DNA of 59,743 nucleotides from a virus (lineage: Duplodnaviria; Caudoviricetes), in IMG/VR virus record IMGVR_UViG_3300015263_000360, positions 1 through 59,743 of that record, one strand, 5' to 3'. The position numbers and the translations under genes were made by a program. Shown here one piece after another: positions 46,596-55,263 of this stretch; position 1 is the first letter of the stretch, and the number at the start of each line of letters is the position of its first letter. A model generated the notes under the pieces. That model saw only the letters and a list, made by a program, of their open reading frames with translations. It did not search any database and was not told the origin of the DNA.

Positions 46596-46675
46596 TGGTG
46601 GAGCGGGTGGGAGTTGAACCCACTTATTGACAGAGGTTATAAGCCTCTCGCTTTATACCGATCAGCCACCGCTCG
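46596..46675 (-). tRNA. tRNA-Ile(TAT)
   Basis: AGAGG-CTTATAA-CCTCT, GGTTCAACTCC, ACCA end; C1-C72 mismatch. Confidence 0.8.
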
Positions 46676-46867
46676 TTCTTCAAGAGCTTCGAGTCGGTCT
46701 TCGAGTTGCTCTATTTCTTCCCACTTTTGATTGAGTGCCATGCTCCAAACAAAGCTACAAACTGTGAACCAAAGCAGCCCTAAGCCCCATAAGAATGTGA
46801 TGTCACGGGCTAATCCTCCCGCAATCAGAAGGAGGCCCACTGCTTTGCCCAGTTGATAGTTGTCCAT
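46637..46867 (-). CDS. Small membrane protein
   Basis: Two hydrophobic segments and coiled tail; stop lies in the tRNA-Ile anticodon loop. Confidence 0.6.
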   Translation of the reverse strand: MDNYQLGKAVGLLLIAGGLARDITFLWGLGLLWFTVCSFVWSMALNQKWEEIEQLEDRLEALEERAVADRYKARGL

Positions 46868-46986
46868 GGTTTACTCCCACCAATCCTCTTCTCCATCACG
46901 GAAGTGGGGTGTGTCCCACCAACGGTGGACCACGTACATGATCCCAGTGATTAGAAGACACACCGTAATAAATCCGAGTACGATTT

Positions 46987-47277
46987 TCATTTCTCCTCCA
47001 GTTCCGTGAGGCGGGCGCGAAGGTGTGCCGCCACTTTCAGAATGTCGTCAACAGGAACGATGCGCTCGCGTGCTGGATTAGCAAAGTCTTTGTATGGAGT
47101 CGGCCACGTTTCCTCCCATCTGATGACATCCTCTAGCGCATTGACCTGCGCCTTGAGAGCGGTGCGCTCGATCAGGCGGCGGACCGGTTCAATGGTGTAG
47201 TGCCAATCGGCCTCCGTGTCGAGAAAGGCCCTTTCAATCTCCTCGTCGCTCGGCATCCAACTCGGTCGGTCACTCAC
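46987..47277 (-). CDS. Hypothetical protein
   Basis: 96-aa ORF coupled to neighbours. Confidence 0.6.
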   Translation of the reverse strand: MSDRPSWMPSDEEIERAFLDTEADWHYTIEPVRRLIERTALKAQVNALEDVIRWEETWPTPYKDFANPARERIVPVDDILKVAAHLRARLTELEEK

Positions 47278-47524
47278 GGTTGCGCCCCTTCTCCCGCTCG
47301 GCGGCTTCCAGGTGGTCGAATAAATCAGTGACCAATGCAGCGAGTTGCCACCTTTGATCCACCCTTCCGGCTTGTGTTGATCTCTCTTGGTAGAGAATAT
47401 CTGTTGATCGAATTACCATCCGTTCCGCCAGCGCCCGAATGCGCGCGGCGCGGTCGGGATATCCCCCCGTGATCTTCAAGCCGTGAGACATGATGGTTGT
47501 CTCTGCGTCTTCCCATTGAACCAT
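47270..47524 (-). CDS. Hypothetical protein
   Basis: GGGAGGGGAG RBS before MVQWED. Confidence 0.6.
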   Translation of the reverse strand: MVQWEDAETTIMSHGLKITGGYPDRAARIRALAERMVIRSTDILYQERSTQAGRVDQRWQLAALVTDLFDHLEAAEREKGRNRE

Positions 47525-47537
47525 CACTCCCCTCCCT

Positions 47538-47867
47538 TCACGGTCTGATGTCCAGGTGGTTCTCTTGGAGACAGAGTTCCACGAGTTTTTCCACTGAGAA
47601 ATGCGGCCCAAACACGGCTGTTCCCCTGTAAGTGAAAAGTTCCCTAGCCTCATGCTCTTCTGCTGTGAGAGCTGCCTTGAAGACCGTTTGTACTAGTTCG
47701 CTCACGGTCATATGCTTGCTCAGTAGCCAGTTTCTGCTGTGCCATGTCTTGTCTTCCACTGTGAATGTCCAGCGGAAGTAGAAGAACGTGCCATGGTCCA
47801 CCACTTCAGGGCTCCAGTCTTTGTATTCGACCCTGGAGAGGATTTGAACTGCTTGGAGTGCATCCAT
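47538..47867 (-). CDS. Hypothetical phage protein
   Basis: GGAGG RBS; R.WLLSKHMT.SELVQT.FKA.LTAEEHEARE.F motif. Confidence 0.75.
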   Translation of the reverse strand: MDALQAVQILSRVEYKDWSPEVVDHGTFFYFRWTFTVEDKTWHSRNWLLSKHMTVSELVQTVFKAALTAEEHEARELFTYRGTAVFGPHFSVEKLVELCLQENHLDIRP

Positions 47868-47918
47868 GTGAACCTCCGATGCTCACGGTTCGTTGCTTAC
47901 TGCCACCCCCGACCCGGC

Positions 47919-47970
47919 AAAAAAGGGGAGGGAGCCGGGGAGCGCAAAGGCGCTTCTACCCGGCCCCCTC
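47919..47970 (-). terminator. Rho-independent terminator
   Basis: GAGGGGGCCGGG...CCCGGCTCCCTC followed by CCC and T6 on the - strand. Confidence 0.75.
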
Positions 47971-47991
47971 GTGGGGAACTTCTGTGGGCGA

Positions 47992-48174
47992 CTAGGCCGC
48001 CTTGGTCTCGAGGAGGACCGCCTCCTCCAGCTTGGCCTCCGCTTCGGCGTGGTCGCCACGCGCTTCGGCCTTGAGGGCGGCGATGAACTTCGCCTTGACG
48101 GCGAGCTTGAGTCCGTCGATGCCCGGCAGGCTGGAAGCCTCCTTCAGCGGGGTGTTCTCGTGGAACAAGTTCAT
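47992..48174 (-). CDS. Small helical protein
   Basis: 60 aa, GGAG RBS, high GC3. Confidence 0.7.
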   Translation of the reverse strand: MNLFHENTPLKEASSLPGIDGLKLAVKAKFIAALKAEARGDHAEAEAKLEEAVLLETKAA

Positions 48175-48175
48175 G

Positions 48176-49222
48176 TCACTCTCCGATCTGGGACTGCGTG
48201 ATGGTGGGGGAATCCGGGGCCGGACCGTGGGACGGTTCCAGATCCACCGGGACGATGTTGTCCTTCCGGTACAGCTCTCCGGCGTGGGCCACCACGATCT
48301 CGAAGGGCGAGGGACAGGAGACCTGGAACCGGATGTTGTTCTCGAGGCTCAGCGAACTGAGCTTCTCGAGGAAGTTCTGCTGGGCCTTCTCGGCCTCTGA
48401 CTCCCGCTCGAAGGGCACCCGGAGAGTCTTCACGTCACCGGGCTTCATCTGCAGGAGACGGCCGATCTGCGTCACGTCCGACTTGCGCGTCTTCTCGTGC
48501 ATCTTCAGCACGTTAGGTACACGCTCCATCATCTTGACCTGGATCATGTACCGCTCGTCGTTGGGGTCCTTGATCCACTGTAGCGAGTAGGGCTCCGAGT
48601 AGTCCCCGTTCTCGACCACCCAGTAGTCGAACTTGATCGTGGTCGGCTCCGTCCACACGGTCTCTCCGGTGAACAGCGCCTGACGCTGCTGGTGGTCCGA
48701 CGTGGCGTTGATCTGCATCCTGACCTTCTGCTGCTCCAGCCCGAAGTTCAGGTGGCGCACCCCACGCATGATGGCGCGCATGAACTCCCACGAGGTCAGC
48801 TCGTCGTGGTTCGGCCACTCCGGCACCTGGGGCGGCTGCTCCTGCTCCGCGCTCGGCTTGAAGAAGCGCGTGATCTTCGCCTGCGCCTCCTTGCGGAAGA
48901 ACTCGCGGTTCTCCGGGTTTCCGAACTGCTCCTTGAGCCAGGCCAGGTTCACCGTGAACGAGTCCTGCTGCCGGGACTTGTACGACGCCAGGAGGCGGTT
49001 CCTCACCGAGCGAGCCAGCCACGCCTTGACGTAGGGGAGGATGGCGTTGGTCCGAGCCTGCGACTTCTCCTTCTCCGTGGGCTCGTTCTCGTCGGCAACT
49101 CCGAAGAGGAGCCTCGAGTCCTCTGCGTTCAGCGTGAGTTCCTCGAACAGCGCCTGAACCTCGTTCTCCTTCTCCTGCGACTCCACGATCTGACCCACGG
49201 TGGACAGCGGCTTCGTGTTCAT
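48176..49222 (-). CDS. Hypothetical early protein with very high GC3
   Basis: 348 aa, GGAG RBS, nearly all codons end in G/C. Confidence 0.85.
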   Translation of the reverse strand: MNTKPLSTVGQIVESQEKENEVQALFEELTLNAEDSRLLFGVADENEPTEKEKSQARTNAILPYVKAWLARSVRNRLLASYKSRQQDSFTVNLAWLKEQFGNPENREFFRKEAQAKITRFFKPSAEQEQPPQVPEWPNHDELTSWEFMRAIMRGVRHLNFGLEQQKVRMQINATSDHQQRQALFTGETVWTEPTTIKFDYWVVENGDYSEPYSLQWIKDPNDERYMIQVKMMERVPNVLKMHEKTRKSDVTQIGRLLQMKPGDVKTLRVPFERESEAEKAQQNFLEKLSSLSLENNIRFQVSCPSPFEIVVAHAGELYRKDNIVPVDLEPSHGPAPDSPTITQSQIGE

Positions 49223-49543
49223 TTGTCACTCCGTGCCCGAATAGGGCTAAGTCTGGGCAAGATTGCCCAACTACAAGTGCGATCAGCACTTAGGTTCGTT
49301 TTCCTAGGCTCATGCACACGCACGAGCACGAGGAAATTTTCAGCAGAAGCGAAGTGCAGCGCGGATCTTCTGCTCTGCGTGCTTCCCCTTCAGCCGGCCC
49401 TCGAGCACTTCCTTGCAGCGCTCTCGGTCGTTGAACTGCAACCCCTTGCAGGAGTGGTCTAGCACGTCCCCCACGTTGGACTTCTGTCGGAAGGTGAGGG
49501 CGAGTCTGGCGTGCAGGGCTGCGCGTCTGCTCATGATCGTCTC

Positions 49544-49741
49544 CTAGTGAGTGTCGATGCGAGCGGCATCGAGGGTTTGCTTCATCTCTCGGGCCAATTC
49601 CCGAGTGAGTTCCAAGCGTTCCGGGTTGATCACTTCATCCAGGATCGACACCAGATCCTCGAACTCTTCCGAAGTGAGAGTCACTGTCACTGAATCCAAT
49701 CGAGTGACTTCCACCCGAGTTCCCTGCTTCTTGACCTGCAT
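49544..49741 (-). CDS. Hypothetical protein
   Basis: AGGAGG RBS. Confidence 0.6.
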   Translation of the reverse strand: MQVKKQGTRVEVTRLDSVTVTLTSEEFEDLVSILDEVINPERLELTRELAREMKQTLDAARIDTH

Positions 49742-49846
49742 CTCATGACCTCCTTGTACCGATTACTCTGTCTTTCCCTGTGCTGCATACACTTAAGACC
49801 CAAAGTGTAACACAGGATCACACTCACTGACAGAGCGGCCATCATG

Positions 49847-50038
49847 TTAGCTCATCGCTTCCACGTCGAAGTAGCCCACGTGATCGGTGTGCTCAGCCTG
49901 CTCGATGGCCTCAGCTTCGGAGCTGAAGGGGCCGAGAGTGGAAAGGCCGTCTCGAAGGAAGTAGGTGTTCTCATCCTCGAAGTCCAGCGCACGGAAGAGA
50001 GTCCAGCCTGCCCAAACTCCGATCTCCACTTCACGCAT
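49847..50038 (-). CDS. Hypothetical protein
   Basis: AGGAG RBS; GPFSSEAEA motif. Confidence 0.6.
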   Translation of the reverse strand: MREVEIGVWAGWTLFRALDFEDENTYFLRDGLSTLGPFSSEAEAIEQAEHTDHVGYFDVEAMS

Positions 50039-50276
50039 GGTGCCACTCCTTCCAACCTAAGGCCACCACTCCAACCATGGAGCTGAGGCCAGTGAGTTGG
50101 TTCCAGAGAGAGATGTGCTTGTCCATCTCACGCTTGTAGATACTCCCAATAGCGCCGTAGACCTCTGCAATCTCGATCTCTCCAGAGGTGCGAGCCCTTT
50201 CTTCAGCCGCGTCTGCCACGTGCATCCTTCGCCAAGCTAACACCGCTTGGTTCCAGTGCCACAGCGCGTCACTCAT
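50031..50276 (-). CDS. Hypothetical protein
   Basis: AGGAG RBS, coupled to neighbours. Confidence 0.55.
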   Translation of the reverse strand: MSDALWHWNQAVLAWRRMHVADAAEERARTSGEIEIAEVYGAIGSIYKREMDKHISLWNQLTGLSSMVGVVALGWKEWHHA

Positions 50277-50749
50277 CGCTTCTCCTTTCCAAGGTTGACC
50301 ACCTTGATCCCCCGAGCCTTGGCAGCACGCAAAGCCTGCCCAGTGCCTCCCACCACCTCACCACCAGGAGTCCAGCAGATCACCAGATCCACCGGAGAGT
50401 TCAAGTCGTGCCCCAGAAGAATCATTATGTTGCGGCCATGAAGCTTACGGACATAGTCAGCGCATGCCCGCCAGTTCGGGTGGTACTTCGAAGCCAGCTC
50501 GATTGCCTGCGGCGTGGCATCAGAAGCGCGGTAAACCTCGATGAACCCCCAATACAGGCCATCACCACCAGCAGACCGCGCTCCCTCCTGGAAGGCAGCA
50601 TCAGCACCACGAGCGCCTCCGGTTCGAAGGGTGTGCCCAGCTTCAGCTCCCCTCCGCCCGATGTCTCGCATCTTGGCCAACACGCTCTCCGGCGTGCTAC
50701 GAGCGCCAATGCCAGCGTAGATCACCACTCCACCTCCTCTTCTTGCCAC
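50273..50749 (-). CDS. SLOG-superfamily (DprA/YspA-like Rossmannoid) protein
   Basis: YAGIGARSTP, LRTGGARGADAAF, RN..I.LG, VICWT..G...GGTGQA. Confidence 0.85.
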   Translation of the reverse strand: MARRGGGVVIYAGIGARSTPESVLAKMRDIGRRGAEAGHTLRTGGARGADAAFQEGARSAGGDGLYWGFIEVYRASDATPQAIELASKYHPNWRACADYVRKLHGRNIMILLGHDLNSPVDLVICWTPGGEVVGGTGQALRAAKARGIKVVNLGKEKR

Positions 50750-51246
50750 TCCTCAAGTTCCCGCTCCAACTGCACGTCCAGCTCCTCCTCAATGGCCCGC
50801 TGCATCTCAGTGCGCGTGCCCATCCACCACTCCACCAGCCAACGGAAGCCAGCATCGCGAACCACCCCATCAAACACATAGTAATGTTCGAAGGGCAGGT
50901 GGGAGTTACGAAACCTCTCGCACATGGCCGGGTGCGCCTTCAGCTTCGCCTCCAAGGCCCGAATGATCTCTTCCTTGAACTCCTCCTCAGGGAGATTCAC
51001 CACCCGCTTCAACATGCGGCCCAGCTTCTTCGCCTCAAACCCACTCAAACGGCGAAGACGGTCGTCGCGAGTACCGAGCCAGTACCAAAAGCCTTCCACG
51101 CTCTCGAAAGAACCATGCTCGGGAAGCACCATCGGCTGTCGCGCGAAGTTGGACATCCACCTCCCAAGCACAGTGCGCCCCCGAGAGTAGATATTCACAT
51201 GCTCCACGCCATCCAAGGCCGGAATCAACTTACGACCCACGCTCAT
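50722..51246 (-). CDS. NADAR-like protein (T4 gp30.3 type)
   Basis: NIYS.G...LGR.MSNF, G.F.SVEGFW, G.EAKKLG, AL.AK..AHP, LPF.HYY. Confidence 0.7.
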   Translation of the reverse strand: MSVGRKLIPALDGVEHVNIYSRGRTVLGRWMSNFARQPMVLPEHGSFESVEGFWYWLGTRDDRLRRLSGFEAKKLGRMLKRVVNLPEEEFKEEIIRALEAKLKAHPAMCERFRNSHLPFEHYYVFDGVVRDAGFRWLVEWWMGTRTEMQRAIEEELDVQLERELEEWQEEEVEW

Positions 51247-51248
51247 GG

Positions 51249-51431
51249 TTAGTCTCCTCCCCCACAACGTGCGCAGTTGCACCCCACGTGCTCCTGCTCA
51301 GCCTCAGCCATCAAGTCCTGCCTCCACTGCTCGAGGGCCTCGTCCAAAAGCTCGGCCTCATAAGCAGTTAGCTCGGAGCCTTTCATATCCTCGCCCCACT
51401 CCCGCCAGAGTTCTTTAACGGTCTCAGGCAT
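51249..51431 (-). CDS. Small acidic protein with Cys/His tail
   Basis: GAGG RBS; HVGCNCARC. Confidence 0.55.
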   Translation of the reverse strand: MPETVKELWREWGEDMKGSELTAYEAELLDEALEQWRQDLMAEAEQEHVGCNCARCGGGD

Positions 51432-51439
51432 GACACACC

Positions 51440-51868
51440 TCAGATGGGGAAATACTGCGGAGCGTTGACTTCCTCACGCCACGCCGCTTCTTGCTCAGGA
51501 GAGTAGCCACACTCAGCAGCGAGCACCTCAGCAAGTGCCACCTTATGCGCTTCCTCCACGGTGAGGGCGCGAGGGCCAGCGTAATTCTCATCGAGGTCTT
51601 CCACTGCCTCAGCGGCCCAATCCTCCGCATCCTCGCGAGCCCACCTCTCTTCGTCAAGCATGCGCTCCAAGGCAGCCTGCTCATCACACCAACGATCGAA
51701 ATCCTCGTCGATAGCCTCATCGTACAAGGAGTCACCCAGCGCCAGCATCTCCTCCTCCCGCTTGCGCTCGGTCACCAGCACGAAGAGCAAGACCACGAGA
51801 TTGGGAAGCACAATGGCCAACATCACGGGCACCACGAAGTTCTCAAACAGCATCGCAGCGTTAAACAT
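51440..51868 (-). CDS. N-terminal TM, highly acidic protein
   Basis: GAGGAG RBS before MFNAAM; hydrophobic N-terminus; Asp/Glu-rich remainder. Confidence 0.65.
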   Translation of the reverse strand: MFNAAMLFENFVVPVMLAIVLPNLVVLLFVLVTERKREEEMLALGDSLYDEAIDEDFDRWCDEQAALERMLDEERWAREDAEDWAAEAVEDLDENYAGPRALTVEEAHKVALAEVLAAECGYSPEQEAAWREEVNAPQYFPI

Positions 51869-52501
51869 AAACCACTCCTCGAGAGGACGCATACACCTCC
51901 ACAGATCTATTTCTGCGGATGGGCTCCTCTTCACCAAGGAACGACTGAGAGGAGCACAGTAGCAGGAGAGGAATTAACTGGGCCTGTGTCCGAGATACTC
52001 TGGATCTCAGCGATAGATACCCCGGCTAAACTACAGCCCGCGAGCGAGCAGCAAGGCACCTTTAGCACGCCTTAAAGCTTCTTCTAATAAGACCGTGCTG
52101 CTTCTTCTGATAAAAACCCCTGTGCCTGCGTTCAACACTAATGGAGCCCACATGCCGCCAACGAGAGAACAGTGACAAGCCGAGCAACAGCAGCGTTGCA
52201 CTGAACAGTGAAGATAAGAAGGATCAGCACAACACTGAATAGAAACTGGATTCACTTACAATCTATATCGCGAGGGTTATGTAGTGCAGTAATTCAGTCA
52301 GTCATCTAGCCTTCTCATGCTGGTAGTGAATGATGGACGTGATGGATGGGGTAAAGCATAGGGGGGACCATAGCCCATTCCAGCCGCCGAATCCCGACAT
52401 ACGAGGTCACGCACATCTTAGGGATCGCGCATGCGGGGCCATCGGGGTAAAATGGGCCACAATCCTGTGGGATTGGTGGGATTATGGCCCGATTGGGTGT
52501 A

Positions 52502-52777
52502 TTAGGAGGGTTTTAGTTCAAGGTCTCTGGGGGTGAGGAGTGTTCTCACGGGTTCGTACCAGGAGAAGGACTGAGTTACCCGTTTCACTTCTTGGACTAG
52601 GATCATCTTCTCGTGTTTGTCGAAGATTACTGCGAAGTAGCGGTCTAGTCCTTTTTGGTCTTTTGGATTTTCCTTATGTGTGTAGATAGTGGTTTCTCCG
52701 TCTTTAGTTAGCACGCCTATCACGCGGTCAGCTTCTGTGATGTGTAGGGCTTGTGAGTTCATTGGCCATGTCACCAT
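52502..52777 (-). CDS. Hypothetical protein
   Basis: 91-aa ORF. Confidence 0.55.
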   Translation of the reverse strand: MVTWPMNSQALHITEADRVIGVLTKDGETTIYTHKENPKDQKGLDRYFAVIFDKHEKMILVQEVKRVTQSFSWYEPVRTLLTPRDLELKPS

Positions 52778-52779
52778 AA

Positions 52780-53085
52780 TTAGACCCCCACAGTGTTGTC
52801 ATTGTTTGCAATGACTGGGAAGGAGCTTGTAGCTCCTGTATAGGTGGGGGTCTGGGTGTAAACGATCCAGGGGTAAGTGGGGTAGGGAGTTTCGGGCCAG
52901 CGGTATTGGTCTACAATGCCTCCGCAGTGGGGGCATCTCCTACAATAGCAGCGGTGGGGGTTATACGGGATGAACGAGGTGGTTCCAGAGCCTTGTCTCG
53001 GGATATTATCTTCCCACGCGTTTAAATGCGTTTTAAAGCCTTCACTGCCTCCAGGCATACCTGGGGTAGGGTCACTGCTGTTCAT
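52780..53085 (-). CDS. Hypothetical protein with CxCxxCPHCG motif
   Basis: 101-aa ORF. Confidence 0.55.
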   Translation of the reverse strand: MNSSDPTPGMPGGSEGFKTHLNAWEDNIPRQGSGTTSFIPYNPHRCYCRRCPHCGGIVDQYRWPETPYPTYPWIVYTQTPTYTGATSSFPVIANNDNTVGV

Positions 53086-53597
53086 GAGCTTCTAGGCCCC
53101 TTTCTGCCCCAGCACGGGGCATTCTAGTTTCAGTGTCCAGCTCTATATTTCCATCTCCAGGAGAGGTGGGGGATTCTCCACGAGCTTTGTCTAGGGCTGC
53201 GAGGATTACTTTCTTTAGGGCTTCCACTCGTGCAGGGTCCACCCTCGAGGGTAACGTCATAAAGGTCTCCTTTACATGCGGGGCAGGTTCCCCGGTTTGC
53301 TGTAAGCACGGCCCCACAATTGAGACATCGTTTACTTACGATCATGTTGGGTACAACACTAGTGAGTACAGAGTTATTCCCACTGGAGTACTATAGAGAA
53401 TGTGGGAATTACCATACAGTTATGTTTAGTGGAATTACTATCTAGAACTACATAGGTTAAGTCCCTTCCATCCCTCCCTCATCTATCCCCCCTATAGTCC
53501 CCCCTTTCTTCTCCCTCCCTTCCTCCCCTTTAAAGGAGTTATGGGAATATCCTGGAGGGGTGTTTGGTTATCCCTGTGCAGAAAGGAGATTCCTACC

Positions 53598-53792
53598 ATG
53601 GCTAGAGGTAGACCTAAGAAGGTGGTTGTGGTGGAGGAGCCCAAGGTGGATTTAGATTTAGTGAAGAATGTCAGCACAGAGATGGTTCTTCATTTCGTGT
53701 CCACTCGGGGAGTGACCCCCACAGAGCAGCATGTGACAGATATAGTTAGTATTGCCAAGCACTTAGCAAAGGAGATCGCTCGTGTCGGATAA
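53598..53792 (+). CDS. Small protein with AT-hook-like N-terminus (ARGRPKK)
   Basis: AAGGAG RBS. Confidence 0.7.
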   Translation: MARGRPKKVVVVEEPKVDLDLVKNVSTEMVLHFVSTRGVTPTEQHVTDIVSIAKHLAKEIARVG

Positions 53793-54057
53793 AGATGTGA
53801 CCTCAGGAAAGTTATTGTTTCATCCCGCAGCCAAGAAGGTGTCGGACCAGGATGAGGAGTTGAAGGAGAAGGCTTTGGTTTTGCTGGATGCCACGAAGGA
53901 GGCGGTGATAGAAAATCCTGGAACTAAGGTGGCTGTCTTTGCTTTCGACAGGGACGATTCCGTGATTGATGTGAGTTTTGTTGGGTTATCGCCTGCAGTG
54001 TTGTTTATTGGCATGTGTGATACCATGTCTCAATATTTCAAGGGAGTGACAAGATGA
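53782..54057 (+). CDS. Hypothetical protein
   Basis: AAGGAG RBS, GTG start. Confidence 0.65.
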   Translation: MSDKDVTSGKLLFHPAAKKVSDQDEELKEKALVLLDATKEAVIENPGTKVAVFAFDRDDSVIDVSFVGLSPAVLFIGMCDTMSQYFKGVTR

Positions 54058-54392
54058 CCGCTTTTATTGAGGTTACCCCTCTTAATGCGTTTGGGCTTCT
54101 GACCGTGCCTGTGGATACAGTGACAGGGGTTACAGCGGTGACAGACGAGGTCTTGTTTGATTCGGATGGTCAGGCAGAGATGAAGAAGCGGTGCATCATC
54201 ACTTTGAAGAATGCGAATCCTCAGGGAGCGGGCTATGGAATTCAGCCTGTGGCGGAGTCCTATGATGAGGTGCTTGGTCTTCTCCGTGAGGCTGGAGCCA
54301 ATGTGGTTCGTACCACGTTCGTGCCTGAGAAGAAAGAGGAGCAGCGCATTGTGCTAGCCAAGGCAGGCGCGGTTCCTGACGCGCATGTCTAA
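54054..54392 (+). CDS. Hypothetical protein
   Basis: GGAG RBS; V.ESYDEV..LL motif. Confidence 0.7.
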   Translation: MTAFIEVTPLNAFGLLTVPVDTVTGVTAVTDEVLFDSDGQAEMKKRCIITLKNANPQGAGYGIQPVAESYDEVLGLLREAGANVVRTTFVPEKKEEQRIVLAKAGAVPDAHV

Positions 54393-54657
54393 CAGGCCCA
54401 CAAACAAGTCGGAGTGCATCACAGCTCTCACGAAAGCTTTGAATTCTGAAGAGGGGCTTTCTGAGCTAGAGGTGCTGCCGCTCCTCCCATTGGTTATCGA
54501 CACCGCTCGGAGGAACCGTAAGCACTTTCCTTATGTGAAGTTTGCGGTGCCTGAGGAGTGGATCAAGGACATCAGGGGTGGCTTTGCTTTAGCCGATGAC
54601 TATCTGGTGGTAAGATTGCCCGTGGCGCGAGCAACCAGCGCATTGACAACCACTTAG
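54385..54657 (+). CDS. Hypothetical protein
   Basis: 90-aa coupled ORF. Confidence 0.6.
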   Translation: MSNRPTNKSECITALTKALNSEEGLSELEVLPLLPLVIDTARRNRKHFPYVKFAVPEEWIKDIRGGFALADDYLVVRLPVARATSALTTT

Positions 54658-54671
54658 CGAAGGTTTATCAT
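54643..54671 (+). promoter_or_regulatory. Near-consensus sigma70 promoter
   Basis: TTGACA-N17-TATCAT upstream of AGGAGG RBS at ~54723. Confidence 0.75.
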
Positions 54672-54735
54672 CTCTGACAGCGAGTTCCCTGGGTGGGAGT
54701 TCGCCTTTTGAAATGCAGTTATAGGAGGATTAACC

Positions 54736-55263
54736 ATGGCGACACTCAGCACCACTCGGCTTTATCGGTCAGTTTATTCGTTTCTCCAGAAGGTTCGGAG
54801 AAAGGAGATTGACAATTTCTCTAGACCGCAGGGCCTCTACATTCTAGACACTGGAAACATCTCTGTCACAGATGCCCTGTATAACACCACAAATGACGTG
54901 ATTGAGGGGCTTCAATTCCCTGACAACTGCTACCTGCTTGGTGCTACAATCACACACACTGACTGGGACACCAACGGAGCGCCAGCGCTTACCATCGATG
55001 TCATCCTTGACAATGGCACCACTACAACAGTGCTCATCAACGAGTCCACTGATTTCCAGAGCACCACACCAGAGATCGTGGACCAAAGCGTGCTGGCCAC
55101 TGCCACGGTGGATACGAACCATGGAGCGTGGCCGTTTGTAGATGTCAGCCAGTACAAGCTGAATCTGAGAGTGGGCGCTGTAGTCGCGGCCACTCCTGGA
55201 ACATCAAGAACCTTCCGGGTAAGAGCTCTGGTTTACCAAGGCTCTGTAGGTACCCTAGCATAA
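54736..55263 (+). CDS. Putative capsid decoration protein, paralog of 9405-9926
   Basis: NDVIEGLQFPDNCYLLG...DTNGAPALTIDV...GTTTTVLIN aligns with the 9405 product. Confidence 0.7.
   Translation: MATLSTTRLYRSVYSFLQKVRRKEIDNFSRPQGLYILDTGNISVTDALYNTTNDVIEGLQFPDNCYLLGATITHTDWDTNGAPALTIDVILDNGTTTTVLINESTDFQSTTPEIVDQSVLATATVDTNHGAWPFVDVSQYKLNLRVGAVVAATPGTSRTFRVRALVYQGSVGTLA

Noticed and set aside
48002-49462. Long alternative-frame and antisense ORFs (258, 256, 132 aa)
   Set aside because: Expected shadows of a very high-GC3 gene; no RBS or protein-like features
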